Assembly (NCBI GenBank): GCA_965660445.1
Contig: CBFIAK010000001.1
Location: 128,001 to 192,000, forward strand
Length of the DNA: 64,000 bases
Reading direction: 5' to 3'
DNA from: Patescibacteria group bacterium
Lineage (GTDB): Bacteria; Patescibacteriota; Gracilibacteria; UBA4473
A program made the translations under genes and the position numbers. The notes below the pieces were generated by a model. The model did not search any database. It was not told the origin of the DNA and saw only the letters and a list, made by a program, of their open reading frames with translations. This document shows, in pieces, positions 32,426 through 43,128 of the stretch. How positions within the stretch are numbered: position 1 is the first letter of the stretch; each line of letters starts with the position of its first letter.

Positions 32426-33253
32426 TTAAGCCACTATGGGTTCGAATTCTACATTTTTTGTTTTTTTCATTTTTCCTTCCGTTTCAAATTCTTGTTTTAC
32501 AAGAATGGTTACAGAAGAATGAACAACTGTGAGCATGGTAAAGATTTTTTGTTCGTTCCCTACAATATTCCGTTCATTCAACGGCATCATTTCTTGGATA
32601 CTCAAAATCTGATTATTAAATTGCAAGAAGATATTATTTGAAAAATATTCTCGCTTATCAGAAGGTTTGATATCAAGGAAATTCATATTTGAAAACATCA
32701 AATATTGAACCGTTGAATTCAGAATTATGAATGCAACAAAAAGCAAACCTTTCCATTGATCAGGTGTTATTTCTTTATTATTCATCTTACGACGAATAAA
32801 GTTTAAAAACTTAAGAGATAATAAATGGTTCATAAGAGAAACCAATATCTTATTCTCTTTTTTAATAGATTCTAAAATCCCCCAAACAGTTGGTATATCT
32901 TTATTATTACTTCCAAACTCTTGTATGAGTAAATTATTTATCTCATTATTTAAAGTTTGGAGTAAAGCATCATCTTGAAGAACTCCGCGCTCTGAACGCT
33001 TTTCAATGAGAGATTCAATTTGCCCTATCCTTCTCATTCTGTCGGCATTAAAAGGTTTTCTATTCGAAAACTCTTTATAAGCTATTTCCACTGCTTGAAA
33101 AGAAATATCGGGATATTCAAACAAAAACTCTGCAAAGAGGGGCTCCAAGTTTTTTAATACCCCCGAATACTGAACTGATTTGATCATGCTATCAAACCTA
33201 TATAAGATTGCAAGCTGTAAACTTGCAAACGAAGAGGAATCTGAATGCCTCAT
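32426..33253 (-). CDS. Hypothetical helical protein, tandem paralog 1
   Basis: Shares SSSFASL.LA.LYRFDSM.KSVQYS, KENK.L, QW.GL and MFSN.NFL with 33451-34284; TAAGGAG SD; TTGACT-17-TATAGT promoter. Confidence 0.8.
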   Translation of the reverse strand: MRHSDSSSFASLQLAILYRFDSMIKSVQYSGVLKNLEPLFAEFLFEYPDISFQAVEIAYKEFSNRKPFNADRMRRIGQIESLIEKRSERGVLQDDALLQTLNNEINNLLIQEFGSNNKDIPTVWGILESIKKENKILVSLMNHLLSLKFLNFIRRKMNNKEITPDQWKGLLFVAFIILNSTVQYLMFSNMNFLDIKPSDKREYFSNNIFLQFNNQILSIQEMMPLNERNIVGNEQKIFTMLTVVHSSVTILVKQEFETEGKMKKTKNVEFEPIVA

Positions 33254-33379
33254 ACAATAACTCCTTATGATTATTTAAAAAAATGAAAAAGAACTGTTTC
33301 TCTGTTGTCTCTTTGTGATTACATCAAGAACAAAACAGAGATTGCTACTATAATAACAATCAAAAAAAGAGTCAACTTT

Positions 33380-33418
33380 AAAAAAAAGAGGTTGCCTGTT
33401 TTCAGAGGCAACCTTTTT
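33380..33418 (-). terminator. Terminator between the two paralogs
   Basis: AGGTTGCCT...AGGCAACCT followed by a T run on the minus strand. Confidence 0.75.
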
Positions 33419-33450
33419 ATAGAAAGAAGAGATAAAAATATAGTAAGAGA

Positions 33451-34284
33451 CTAATTTTGATCTACAAGTAGTTTTTTTTCTTTCGCAATAATATCGGCAC
33501 GTTTTTTTTGTCTTAATTCTTCAGAAATAAGAATCGATAGATTGGAATAAGATTCTTTTAAGAAAAGAAATACTATTCTTGGAAGTTCTTCAATATCCTG
33601 CTCAGGCACAATATTTTTGATATAACGCAAATGCTTTACATGCAATTCTATAAGTGATTCTGTGAGATAGACTCTATTTTCTGTCCGCTTATCTTCTAAG
33701 AAGTTTATATTTGAGAAAAGCATGTATTTCACAGAGCAATCTAAAATTTCAAAAACAAGAAAATGCAACCCCTGCCATTGATTCGATGATATATTTCCTC
33801 GTTTATATTTAAACTCCAGAAATTTAATAAAATGAAGAGAAAATAAATGCTGTAGAAAAACAATCAATGTTTTATTTTCTTTGTGAATTTTATCAAGAAT
33901 CATACGTGGATTAATAACAGTGATTTGATTAACATCAAGAGCTTCACATAATGTACGTGCTTCTTCTTCTAGAGTATCAAGAATCAATCTATCTGGACAA
34001 GATTTGCGATTCTCTTCTTCTGTTCGATTCACAAGGTCTTGTAACGCAAGAACAAGTTGAACCATTGCAGGTTTGCGTTCTGAAAAATGTCGATATGAAC
34101 TTACGACATCTGAGAAATCAAAAGAAATATCTTGTTGCAGAGGATACCGATACAAATATTCTTGAAACAAAGGATTCACGCTTTTTATGTAGCGAGAATA
34201 CTGAACCGATTTTGTCATAGAATCAAATCGGTATAAAAGTGCCAAATGCAAACTGGCAAACGATGATGAAATATCATATTTCAT
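33451..34284 (-). CDS. Hypothetical helical protein, tandem paralog 2
   Basis: Paralog of 32426-33253; TAAGGAG SD; TTGACT-16-TATGAT promoter. Confidence 0.8.
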   Translation of the reverse strand: MKYDISSSFASLHLALLYRFDSMTKSVQYSRYIKSVNPLFQEYLYRYPLQQDISFDFSDVVSSYRHFSERKPAMVQLVLALQDLVNRTEEENRKSCPDRLILDTLEEEARTLCEALDVNQITVINPRMILDKIHKENKTLIVFLQHLFSLHFIKFLEFKYKRGNISSNQWQGLHFLVFEILDCSVKYMLFSNINFLEDKRTENRVYLTESLIELHVKHLRYIKNIVPEQDIEELPRIVFLFLKESYSNLSILISEELRQKKRADIIAKEKKLLVDQN

Positions 34285-34439
34285 ACAATCTAGCTCCTTA
34301 TATTAAATGAAAGAAATAAAAAAGAACACCCTTTTGAAAAAGGGGAATGAATCATAATAAAAAAAAATAAAAAGTCAATGAGGATAAACAAAAAAAGACC
34401 ATACTGGTCTTCTTTTGTAGCTATAAACAAAATATATAC

Positions 34440-35756
34440 TTATAACTTATCATAATCATGCATAACAAGTTGTGCATTTATACGTCGGATAATATCAAGA
34501 ACCACAGAAACAACGATAATCATCCCTGCACCTGATACAAAAAGAGAAACTGCGTTTGCATTCCCTCCTGAAAGCCATGCTTGAAAGAACAAAGGCACAA
34601 TGGCGACTACTGCCAAGAAAAGCCCCCCCCAAAAACAGAGTCGAGTTGTTACTTCTGTTAAAAAGTTTTCCGTTTCTTTTCCTGGACGATACCCTGGAAT
34701 AAATCCTCCACGTTTTTGAATATTTTCAGCCACTTTTTTTGGTTCAAACACAATAGAGACATAGAAATACGTAAACCCAAAAATAAGCAATGCATACACA
34801 ATATTATACCATAGAGTTGGTGAAGCCGGATTTAAATATAACTGAATAAATTCAGACGCTTTTACCATTGATGGATTTGTTGATTGTTGCATAAAGCTCG
34901 CCATAATAGATGGCATAGAAACAAGAGAAACAGCGAAGATAATCGGAATCATCCCAGCTTGATTAATTTTAAGAGGTAAAAAAGACCGTTGTTGTCCAGC
35001 TCCTTTTTTTCCAGCATAAATCACAGGCACTCGTCGGTCCGCTTCTGATACAAATACAATAAAGACTGTCAAAAGAAGTGTTGCTATAATGAGAGCAAGT
35101 ACGACTGGAAGATCTTGAGACTGAAACGCCGAAAATACTTGCAATGGAACCGTTGAAACAATTCCGGCAAAAATAATTAAAGAGATACCGTTTCCAATAC
35201 CTTTTTCTGAAATAAGTTCTCCAAGCCACATAAGAAATACGGTTCCTGCAGTGGCGATAAGCATCATTGGAAGTACGACTGAAAAATCTGACATATCCAC
35301 AATCGGTTGTCCTGACGGAACCGAAAATTGATTAATAAGCGCCATCATTCCGTAACTCTGCACAAATGCAAGCGGAACGGTTAAGAGTCGAGTGTACTGA
35401 TTTATTTTCTTTTGTCCTTGTTCCCCTTCTTTTTTAAGGTTTTCAATAGATGGGACAATCACCCCTAAGAGTTGCATAATGATTGATGCATTGATATAGG
35501 GTGTAAGCCCCATAAGAACAATTGAAAAACGTTCCATAGCCCCTCCTGTAAGTAAAGAAAATACCGCCATAGGACTTCCTGCAGATCCAGATTGAGCGGA
35601 TTGAACAAGTTCACGAATAGCATTCATATTTGCTCCTGGAATAGAGATATGAGACGCAACACGAAAAACAACAAGAATCAGAATTGTATAAATAATTTTT
35701 TTTCGGAGAGAAGGTGTTGTAAAAACACGTCGGAGAGTATCGAGAATATGTTTCAT
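34440..35756 (-). CDS. secY: Preprotein translocase subunit SecY
   Basis: GLTPYINASIIMQLL, WLGELISEKGIGNGISLIIF, PLKINQAGMIPIIFA, FIPGYRPG. Confidence 0.97.
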   Translation of the reverse strand: MKHILDTLRRVFTTPSLRKKIIYTILILVVFRVASHISIPGANMNAIRELVQSAQSGSAGSPMAVFSLLTGGAMERFSIVLMGLTPYINASIIMQLLGVIVPSIENLKKEGEQGQKKINQYTRLLTVPLAFVQSYGMMALINQFSVPSGQPIVDMSDFSVVLPMMLIATAGTVFLMWLGELISEKGIGNGISLIIFAGIVSTVPLQVFSAFQSQDLPVVLALIIATLLLTVFIVFVSEADRRVPVIYAGKKGAGQQRSFLPLKINQAGMIPIIFAVSLVSMPSIMASFMQQSTNPSMVKASEFIQLYLNPASPTLWYNIVYALLIFGFTYFYVSIVFEPKKVAENIQKRGGFIPGYRPGKETENFLTEVTTRLCFWGGLFLAVVAIVPLFFQAWLSGGNANAVSLFVSGAGMIIVVSVVLDIIRRINAQLVMHDYDKL

Positions 35757-35813
35757 AAGGCAAAACTAAAAACAAGGAGACTGTACATACTTTTTCATTT
35801 TACGCAAGTTTTT

Positions 35814-36695
35814 TTACAAAGCAAAAAAGATACGCAATACATCATTCCATGTAATCACAACCATGAGAATCATTAAAAAAAGAAACCCTCCCACATGAAT
35901 AGCGTTTTCCCATTGAGCGGGTGGTTTCCGAAATGTGATAGCCTCGATAATTTGAAACAAAAACCGTCCTCCATCGAGAGCAGGAATAGGCAAAAGATTC
36001 ATAATCGCTAAAGAAAGAGAGAGAAGGGCTGTGAGTTTTAATAAAGCCATAATACCTTGTGGTAAAAGTTTATGAGTAGCTTCTGCGATTCCCAAAGGAC
36101 CAGAAATATCATCTGGAATCCCTTTTTTCTCATAGATTTCAATAGGCAGATGTGTTATTTTTTCAAATATAGCTGCAGAAATTCGCCCTGTTTCCGTCAC
36201 TGCAAATTCAAGTGATTGAGGAAACGGAAGCTTTATTTTTTGTATGTCAGTCACAAGCACAGAGCCGTCTTCTTGTGTTTCAGTTATAATAACACCGGAA
36301 TCGATCGCAGCATTGTATTCTTTTTCTGTCAGGATAAAAGGGTTTGTTCCAATAGTAAAAAGCAAAGTAAGAACAACAATAGTCAATACAAAATTCATAA
36401 ACACCCCAGCAAGCGTGATAATCATACGTTTCCACAAAGCTGCCTGAGAAAAACTGGCTGGATCTGGTGATTCTCCGTCTTCACCAAGCATTCGTACATA
36501 TCCACCAAAAGGTATTGCATTCAGAGAATACTCAACTCCGTCTTTTGTTGTACTCCATAGTTTCTTTCCCATACCTAAAGCAAATTCTTCTACCCGAACG
36601 CCGCTTTTTCGAGCAGCATAAAAATGTCCCCATTCGTGCACAAGAACTAAAACAGAGAAAATAACCAGAAAGACGAGTATAGAAAGAATTATCAT
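35814..36695 (-). CDS. rseP: M50 site-2 protease (RseP-like; no obvious PDZ domain)
   Basis: HEWGH, IPFGGYVRM, NLLPIPALDGG. Confidence 0.85.
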   Translation of the reverse strand: MIILSILVFLVIFSVLVLVHEWGHFYAARKSGVRVEEFALGMGKKLWSTTKDGVEYSLNAIPFGGYVRMLGEDGESPDPASFSQAALWKRMIITLAGVFMNFVLTIVVLTLLFTIGTNPFILTEKEYNAAIDSGVIITETQEDGSVLVTDIQKIKLPFPQSLEFAVTETGRISAAIFEKITHLPIEIYEKKGIPDDISGPLGIAEATHKLLPQGIMALLKLTALLSLSLAIMNLLPIPALDGGRFLFQIIEAITFRKPPAQWENAIHVGGFLFLMILMVVITWNDVLRIFFAL

Positions 36696-36739
36696 GAAAA
36701 TCGATTGAACTATAAATAATTCATCAAAAAAATCAAACT

Positions 36740-37306
36740 TTACGACCGAGAAGACAAAAACCAAGTGACTAAGTCTTCTGCTGAAGAACTCTGATCGGCT
36801 TTTGAAAGTGATTCCTGTATATATGAAGGACTATAGCCAAGGTTTTCAAGTGCTTCACTTGCTTCTTTTAATGCATGTGACATCGGTGTTGCTGATTCTG
36901 GTGATTGAAGATCTATTTTTCCACGAAGTTCGATAATGAGTCGTTCGGCTGTTTTTTTTCCGAGTCCTGGAATACGAGTTAAAAATGAAACATCTCCGTT
37001 TTCAACCGCAGATAAAAACCGAGAAACTGGTAAAGACACCATTCCAATAGCAGTTTTGGGACCAATTCCAGAGACAGTAATGAGTTTTTCAAACAATGTT
37101 TTTTCATCTTTTGAACCAAACCCATAGAGTGATATTTCTTGTTCTTTGACAATAGTAGTAACAGGAAATGCGCAAGCTTCACCTTTTGATAACTGTGAAA
37201 GAAGTGATCCTGCCATAAAAACAGAATACCCAACACCACTATTCGTCATGCAAAGACAAATTTTATGATCTATATCCAACACCGTTCCCGAAAGATAACC
37301 AATCAT
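36740..37306 (-). CDS. ruvA: Holliday junction branch migration protein RuvA
   Basis: GVGY, LYGF, VSGIGPKTA, IPGLGKKTAERLIIEL, AL.NLGY. Confidence 0.95.
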   Translation of the reverse strand: MIGYLSGTVLDIDHKICLCMTNSGVGYSVFMAGSLLSQLSKGEACAFPVTTIVKEQEISLYGFGSKDEKTLFEKLITVSGIGPKTAIGMVSLPVSRFLSAVENGDVSFLTRIPGLGKKTAERLIIELRGKIDLQSPESATPMSHALKEASEALENLGYSPSYIQESLSKADQSSSAEDLVTWFLSSRS

Positions 37307-37414
37307 CACTCTCTATCATAGCAAGGATGGGGAAAAAAGAACAATCAAATTGACAAAATATTAAAAAAACATATAATGATACGAATAAATAAAATCTATT
37401 TTTACAGGAATTCT

Positions 37415-39067
37415 ATGACAAATCCTTCTCATTCTTCATTCAAAACTATTTATCTTGTCCTTTACATATCTATTGGTGTTCTTTTTGTATGGCTTTTTTG
37501 GTTTTTTTCACAAGAGACAGAAATTGCCCCAAAACCAATATCTCAAACGGTTATTAAATCAACACCTGTGTTCGAGTTTGGATCATGGAGTCCGGATGAA
37601 AAAATTGAAATCTTAGGCACACTCGAGTCAACGGGAGATATTGATATTGTGGCTCAAACAAGTGGTATTGTTGCAGATGTTCGAAAAAATATTGGAGATG
37701 AGGTTTCAGCTGGAGAAGTTGTTGCCACAATCGAACAACAAGAAAATCTACAATCGCTTCAGTATCAAAATACACAATTAACACTACAACAAGTACGATC
37801 AACAACGACTCAAAGTATATTATCTGCAGAATTAGCACTCCAAAGTGCACAAGAAGAAGTAGCACAATTACAAACAAACGAAACACAAAACCGATCAAAA
37901 AATTGGGAAACGTTGTATACAACGGCTGTCAACAGTGAGTCAACGATTATACAGGTATCTAATTGGGCTGATGAAATATTAGGTTCTTCTGATCGGTATA
38001 GATATCAGCAAGAAGCAACAAAACGATATATTGGAAACAATGATACTATTCAAAGACAAAAAGCAAAAACACAACTCTCAACACTTCTACAAGAAATAAA
38101 TCAATGGGGCGAACCCCCTTCTCAATCAAACACACAAAATGTACTTTTTTTTGCAGAAAACAGACTTCAAGTCTTATTGGAACTACAGGATGTTGTTCGT
38201 ATACTTGATATTCTTATTCGAACAACAAATAACTCAAGTGTATTTTTAGAATCAGATAGAGCTCTATTACAAACAGAATCAAACGGCATGATGGGGCGAA
38301 TTGATGGGCAAATAACGAGTCTTAATAACAACATACAGGCAATAAAAAGTGATAATAATCGCGTTGATCTTTCCCTTATATCAGCAAAAAACCGTGTTAA
38401 AAACGCAAAAGCTCAATTAGAAGTAGTGAAATCAAATGCACAGTCTCAAATTCAAAACGCAGAAAACCAAGTACAAACTGCCTATATTAGTAAACAAAAA
38501 CTCACTATAAAATCGCCATTTTCTGGAGTTATTACTGATCGACATATAAACGCATTCTCGTTTATAAATCCAGGGCAAAAACTCTATAGTGTTTTATCAG
38601 AAAACAAAGGATGGAAAGTGGTTGGATTTGTGTCGGATCACGAACTCGATCAAATTTTAAAAAGCGAGACGATATTTATTCTGTATCAAGGAGAGAAGAT
38701 AGAAAATTTACCAACATCACAACTGAGTTATAAAACAGATGCCGGATCTCAGAAAATCAAAATAGAGTTTCCAATTCCAACATCGATCAAAACAATGAGA
38801 GTCGGAAGCTTTGCTTCTATTATTATTCCTGCCCAGACAAGTGAGTCTGATCTTATTCCTATTAGTAGTGTCTCATTTGAACCTGATGGAGCTGAAGTAT
38901 TGGTATTGAATCAAGACAACGAAGCAGAACGACGAAAAGTTCAATATGATCGTATTATTCGAAACAATATTCGAATAACAGGAGGATTGAACCAAAATGA
39001 TCGCATTATTCAGTTTCACAAACGCGTATATGCTGGTGATAGTATTAATCCTTTAGACGCAGAATAA
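37415..39067 (+). CDS. RND periplasmic adaptor (membrane fusion protein) with a long coiled coil
   Basis: N-terminal TM, SGIVADV...GDEV, IKSPFSGVI, IP.SSV; upstream of an AcrB-family gene. Confidence 0.82.
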   Translation: MTNPSHSSFKTIYLVLYISIGVLFVWLFWFFSQETEIAPKPISQTVIKSTPVFEFGSWSPDEKIEILGTLESTGDIDIVAQTSGIVADVRKNIGDEVSAGEVVATIEQQENLQSLQYQNTQLTLQQVRSTTTQSILSAELALQSAQEEVAQLQTNETQNRSKNWETLYTTAVNSESTIIQVSNWADEILGSSDRYRYQQEATKRYIGNNDTIQRQKAKTQLSTLLQEINQWGEPPSQSNTQNVLFFAENRLQVLLELQDVVRILDILIRTTNNSSVFLESDRALLQTESNGMMGRIDGQITSLNNNIQAIKSDNNRVDLSLISAKNRVKNAKAQLEVVKSNAQSQIQNAENQVQTAYISKQKLTIKSPFSGVITDRHINAFSFINPGQKLYSVLSENKGWKVVGFVSDHELDQILKSETIFILYQGEKIENLPTSQLSYKTDAGSQKIKIEFPIPTSIKTMRVGSFASIIIPAQTSESDLIPISSVSFEPDGAEVLVLNQDNEAERRKVQYDRIIRNNIRITGGLNQNDRIIQFHKRVYAGDSINPLDAE

Positions 39068-39069
39068 AT

Positions 39070-42000
39070 ATGAAAGAAAAACTCTCACTCTTCTGGACGA
39101 TTCTTTTGGAACGATTTAAGGTAACAAGCTTACTGGTTATTGCGATTCTTATCTATGGAAGTATTGCTTATTACACAATTCCTCGTGAAATCACTCCATC
39201 TATTGATATTCCTATTGCAAATGTAATAACTCTTTGGCCGGGAGCAAGTCCTGAAGACGTAGAAAAACTCATTACCAACAAAATTGAAGGAGAGATAAAA
39301 GATTTAGAGAACGTAAAAGAGTATACATCTCGATCCGTTTCTGGAATGTCTATTGTGACCATTGAGTTTGATATTAATTCAGATAAAAACAGGAATATTC
39401 AAAACTTACGAGAAAAAATAGAAACAACAAAAAAGGAACTTCCTCAAACAATTCTTGATGATCCAGAAATCAATGAAGTAAGTTTGAGTGACGAACCAAT
39501 TCTGGGATTAACGTTATCAGGTGATTTTTCATGGACTCAACTCAAACGGTTTGCTGAAGTGATTGAGTCTGATTTAAAATCAATTCAACAAGTAAAAGAT
39601 ATACGTATTGATGGGCTTCCTGAAGAACAAGTACACATTCTTGTAGACCCATTACAGATGAAAGCCCATGGGGTGAGTATTGGAGAAATAATTCAAACTA
39701 TTCGTGCACATCATATAGATATGCCATTAGGGCAAATTGATAGTAGCGGAGGAAAAATTGAAGTATCAGTACGATCTGAGATGAAGAACGTCAGTGAATT
39801 CTTGGCACTCCCAATTAAAAAATCTACATCTGGAGCAATTATCCGACTTGAAGATTTTGCTGAAGCGAGGCGGGAGTTTGATGAGTTTGCGGTAGAAACA
39901 ACTTTTGTGAATCAAAACGGAAACAAACCCGCTGTTTTTATCAATGTTATTAAGTCAGCTGCAAAAGGAAATATTATTACAATGGTAGAAGAAGCTATTG
40001 ACCGAATTGAAACACTTAAATCAGACAAAAAAATTCCTCAGTCCCTTAATACTGATATTACATTTAATCGTGCCGACGATATTAACGAGTCATTATCGAC
40101 ATTAGTGAATAGCGGAAAACAAACGCTTATTCTCATTGCACTTGTTATGTTTTTAGCACTTGGATGGAGAGAATCCATACTCGCATCAACGGCTATTCCG
40201 TTAGCAATGATGATTGGAATTATTGTTTTAAATATCTTAGGACGAACCTTTAATGGAATCTCATTATTTGCACTTGTCCTCTCTATTGGGTTATTAGTCG
40301 ATAATGCCATTATTATTGTAGAAGGTATTTCTGAAGCTATTCACGAACGAAAACGAACTCCAATCCAAGCAGCAAAAGAAACACTAACTCTTTTTCGTTG
40401 GCCTATTATTAGCGGAACGCTCACGACGATATTCGCGTTTCTCCCGATGTTATTTTATATATCAGGAATAAGTGGACAATATATTAGCGTGGTTCCTGTA
40501 ACGGTTATCACCATTTTAATAGGTGCTCTTTTTATTGCTCTATTTCTATTGCCATCGTTAAGTATTTATTTTTACAACGTATGGAAACCAAAACCCAAAA
40601 AGAATACACAACTAAAAAAAATACAAAACTGGTATGAATCAACAATGCGGAGCATCTTAAACTCTCGCATGAATATAATAAATGTGTGTGTACTCACGAC
40701 ACTTTTCTTTTTATTTTCTATTGGATTGGTGGTCAGTCGACAAGTGCCAATTGAGGTTTTTCCAGAAAGTGATTCTGTTGTGTTTGGGATTCAAGTAGAA
40801 TACCCCGAAGGAACGCCACTCGATCAAACAAAAGACATTATTCCGGCTATTGAGAATGTGTTGCATCCGTATATGGAATCAACAGAAAATAGATCTGCAT
40901 GGATTAAAAGTTTTATTTTCACTGCTGGGCAACCATCATCATCTATTCGAGGAGGTATCAATGGAATGTCGTTATCACAGAGTAATATTTTAGGAGTTAC
41001 AGTGAACTTAACAGATAAAGCGAGTAGGGAGACACCTTCATACGAAATTGTATCGATTATTGAAAAAGAGTTTCAACCGATTATTCCGTCACATGCTGAA
41101 TTAAAACTACAACAAGAACAAGGTGGTCCTCCAACGGGAGCACCTATAGAGATTCTCATTTTAGGGCCAGATATGGATCGTTTAGAACTGTTAAGCCAAG
41201 AAATAAAAAAGAATCTTGCACGTATTCCTGAAACAAAAAATATAACTGATTCTCAAAACAATAAGACCATTCAAATGAATTGGACATTGAAGCGAGATGT
41301 TATGACAAATCTGGGGCTTACGCCATCACAAATCATTGAACCATTACGAGCATCGATTAATGGAGTAACCGTGGTTCAGTTAACCGAAGGCGAAGACGAA
41401 GTTGATGTTGATATTCGTATTGACTGGGATGGGACAAAAGCATGGCAAACTGTTGAATCACTTGAACGAATTGATCAGATTCCGTTATTGACCCAACGAG
41501 GAGAAAGCATAACGTTTCGACAAATAGCAGAACCTGATTTAAGTGCAAAATCTTCACAAATAAATCATAAAAACGGGGAACGAATTGTAACCATTCAAGC
41601 AGACACTGAAATAGGTGTTGTGGTATCTCAAATTATGCCTCAAGTAGAGACAATCTTATCTGATATATCACTTTTACCAGGGGAACGAATTGAATTTGGT
41701 GGAGACTCAGAAGAAGGAAATCGAATTATGGGTGAAATGGCTCAATCGATGTTAATGGCCATTTTGCTTATTTTCTTAGTGTTAGTGTTTCAATTTAATT
41801 CATATATTCAACCATTGATTATATTGGCCATTGTTCCATTATCACTCACTTCTATTTTTATTGGGTTTTGGATTTTAGGTTTAGCCGTTAGTTTTCCAAC
41901 GATGATAGGAATTGTCGCTCTTTCTGGAATTATTGTAAATGATGCGATTGTTTTGATTGATAGGATTAACCAGTATCGACTTGATAATAATTCCTATATC

Positions 42001-42240
42001 GAATCGTATATACAAGCTGGAAAAGAGCGGATGCAACCTATATTTTTAACATCTATTACAACTGTTGTTGGGCTCTTGCCATTATCACTTTCTGATAAAG
42101 TATGGGCGGGGTTAGGGTTTGCTATTATTTTTGGAATGATGCTTTCAACCATTCTAACCTTATTATTGATTCCATGTTTTCTTATTATTGCTCGAAATGC
42201 AGAATCAAAAATAAAAGGGTTTTTTAAACAAAAATCGTAA
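39070..42240 (+). CDS. AcrB/AcrD/AcrF-family RND permease
   Basis: PGASPEDVE, SIGLLVDNAIII.E, GIIVNDAIVLID, RMQPIFLTS.TT. Confidence 0.92.
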   Translation: MKEKLSLFWTILLERFKVTSLLVIAILIYGSIAYYTIPREITPSIDIPIANVITLWPGASPEDVEKLITNKIEGEIKDLENVKEYTSRSVSGMSIVTIEFDINSDKNRNIQNLREKIETTKKELPQTILDDPEINEVSLSDEPILGLTLSGDFSWTQLKRFAEVIESDLKSIQQVKDIRIDGLPEEQVHILVDPLQMKAHGVSIGEIIQTIRAHHIDMPLGQIDSSGGKIEVSVRSEMKNVSEFLALPIKKSTSGAIIRLEDFAEARREFDEFAVETTFVNQNGNKPAVFINVIKSAAKGNIITMVEEAIDRIETLKSDKKIPQSLNTDITFNRADDINESLSTLVNSGKQTLILIALVMFLALGWRESILASTAIPLAMMIGIIVLNILGRTFNGISLFALVLSIGLLVDNAIIIVEGISEAIHERKRTPIQAAKETLTLFRWPIISGTLTTIFAFLPMLFYISGISGQYISVVPVTVITILIGALFIALFLLPSLSIYFYNVWKPKPKKNTQLKKIQNWYESTMRSILNSRMNIINVCVLTTLFFLFSIGLVVSRQVPIEVFPESDSVVFGIQVEYPEGTPLDQTKDIIPAIENVLHPYMESTENRSAWIKSFIFTAGQPSSSIRGGINGMSLSQSNILGVTVNLTDKASRETPSYEIVSIIEKEFQPIIPSHAELKLQQEQGGPPTGAPIEILILGPDMDRLELLSQEIKKNLARIPETKNITDSQNNKTIQMNWTLKRDVMTNLGLTPSQIIEPLRASINGVTVVQLTEGEDEVDVDIRIDWDGTKAWQTVESLERIDQIPLLTQRGESITFRQIAEPDLSAKSSQINHKNGERIVTIQADTEIGVVVSQIMPQVETILSDISLLPGERIEFGGDSEEGNRIMGEMAQSMLMAILLIFLVLVFQFNSYIQPLIILAIVPLSLTSIFIGFWILGLAVSFPTMIGIVALSGIIVNDAIVLIDRINQYRLDNNSYIESYIQAGKERMQPIFLTSITTVVGLLPLSLSDKVWAGLGFAIIFGMMLSTILTLLLIPCFLIIARNAESKIKGFFKQKS

Positions 42241-42244
42241 CCAC

Positions 42245-43114
42245 TTATTGTTTTTTATAAAATATTTGATCTGGGATACGCAAATCGATGTATTCAAAAC
42301 TATCAGAATACAAGCCTATACGCTCATCAGCTAGTTTGAGTTTTTGTATTTGTGGTAAAACATCTTGAGAAACATCTATCCAGAGGGCTATGTTTGATTC
42401 TGTAATAAAATGAACTTCTCTTGATATCAGAAAATAAATGATACTTTGAATCGGCAGATTCAGCTCTTGTTGTAAAAACTCTTGCACTAAGAAAAAGGAT
42501 TCAAGCACTGATTGTTCTATAAAGGGCTCTCCTATACGTATAGGTTTGGTGTATTGACGTATCGCAATAGTGGGGAGTGATTCATCGGCTCCCATTTGTA
42601 AAATAATACCGTCTTCAGAAACAACCCAAAAATTAGCTGTTTCTTCATTAAATATATTTACAAACGGAGGGGACATAACCATTTGTATTTCTAATTCAGA
42701 AGGCCATTTTTCTTTGATAGTGACGGTTCGCAATTCGGAAAACTCGCTTAAAAGGAGAGATTCTAGTTCTCTTGATTGAAATAAGAGCATATTCGTACCA
42801 TAATACGGCTCAACAATCGTTTCCATTTTTTCGATATTGAGTGATGGGTTATCTCGTGTAAACGATATTTTCTGTATATCAAAATAAGGAGAAAAAAACG
42901 AAAAAGCGATAAAAGAGACCATAAAAACGATAATTATCGTTTTTAAAACAGAGAACTGAAATATCTGAGGAATATTTTTTAAAAACCGAAACTGCAAAAG
43001 AAAAGCAAAAAATCGACTTTTAAATTTTCGATTCGACGATCGAATTGATTGATTAGTATCAATAAGAAAGCTTCGTCGTCGGTGCCGTGTTTTTTTACGA
43101 GAAAACCAAGACAT
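42245..43114 (-). CDS. FtsQ/DivIB-like POTRA-domain protein
   Basis: Basic N-terminus, TM, SPYFDI..I, K.WP..L.I, C-terminal YIDLR. Confidence 0.75.
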   Translation of the reverse strand: MSWFSRKKTRHRRRSFLIDTNQSIRSSNRKFKSRFFAFLLQFRFLKNIPQIFQFSVLKTIIIVFMVSFIAFSFFSPYFDIQKISFTRDNPSLNIEKMETIVEPYYGTNMLLFQSRELESLLLSEFSELRTVTIKEKWPSELEIQMVMSPPFVNIFNEETANFWVVSEDGIILQMGADESLPTIAIRQYTKPIRIGEPFIEQSVLESFFLVQEFLQQELNLPIQSIIYFLISREVHFITESNIALWIDVSQDVLPQIQKLKLADERIGLYSDSFEYIDLRIPDQIFYKKQ

Positions 43115-43128
43115 AAGAAAAAGAGAAT

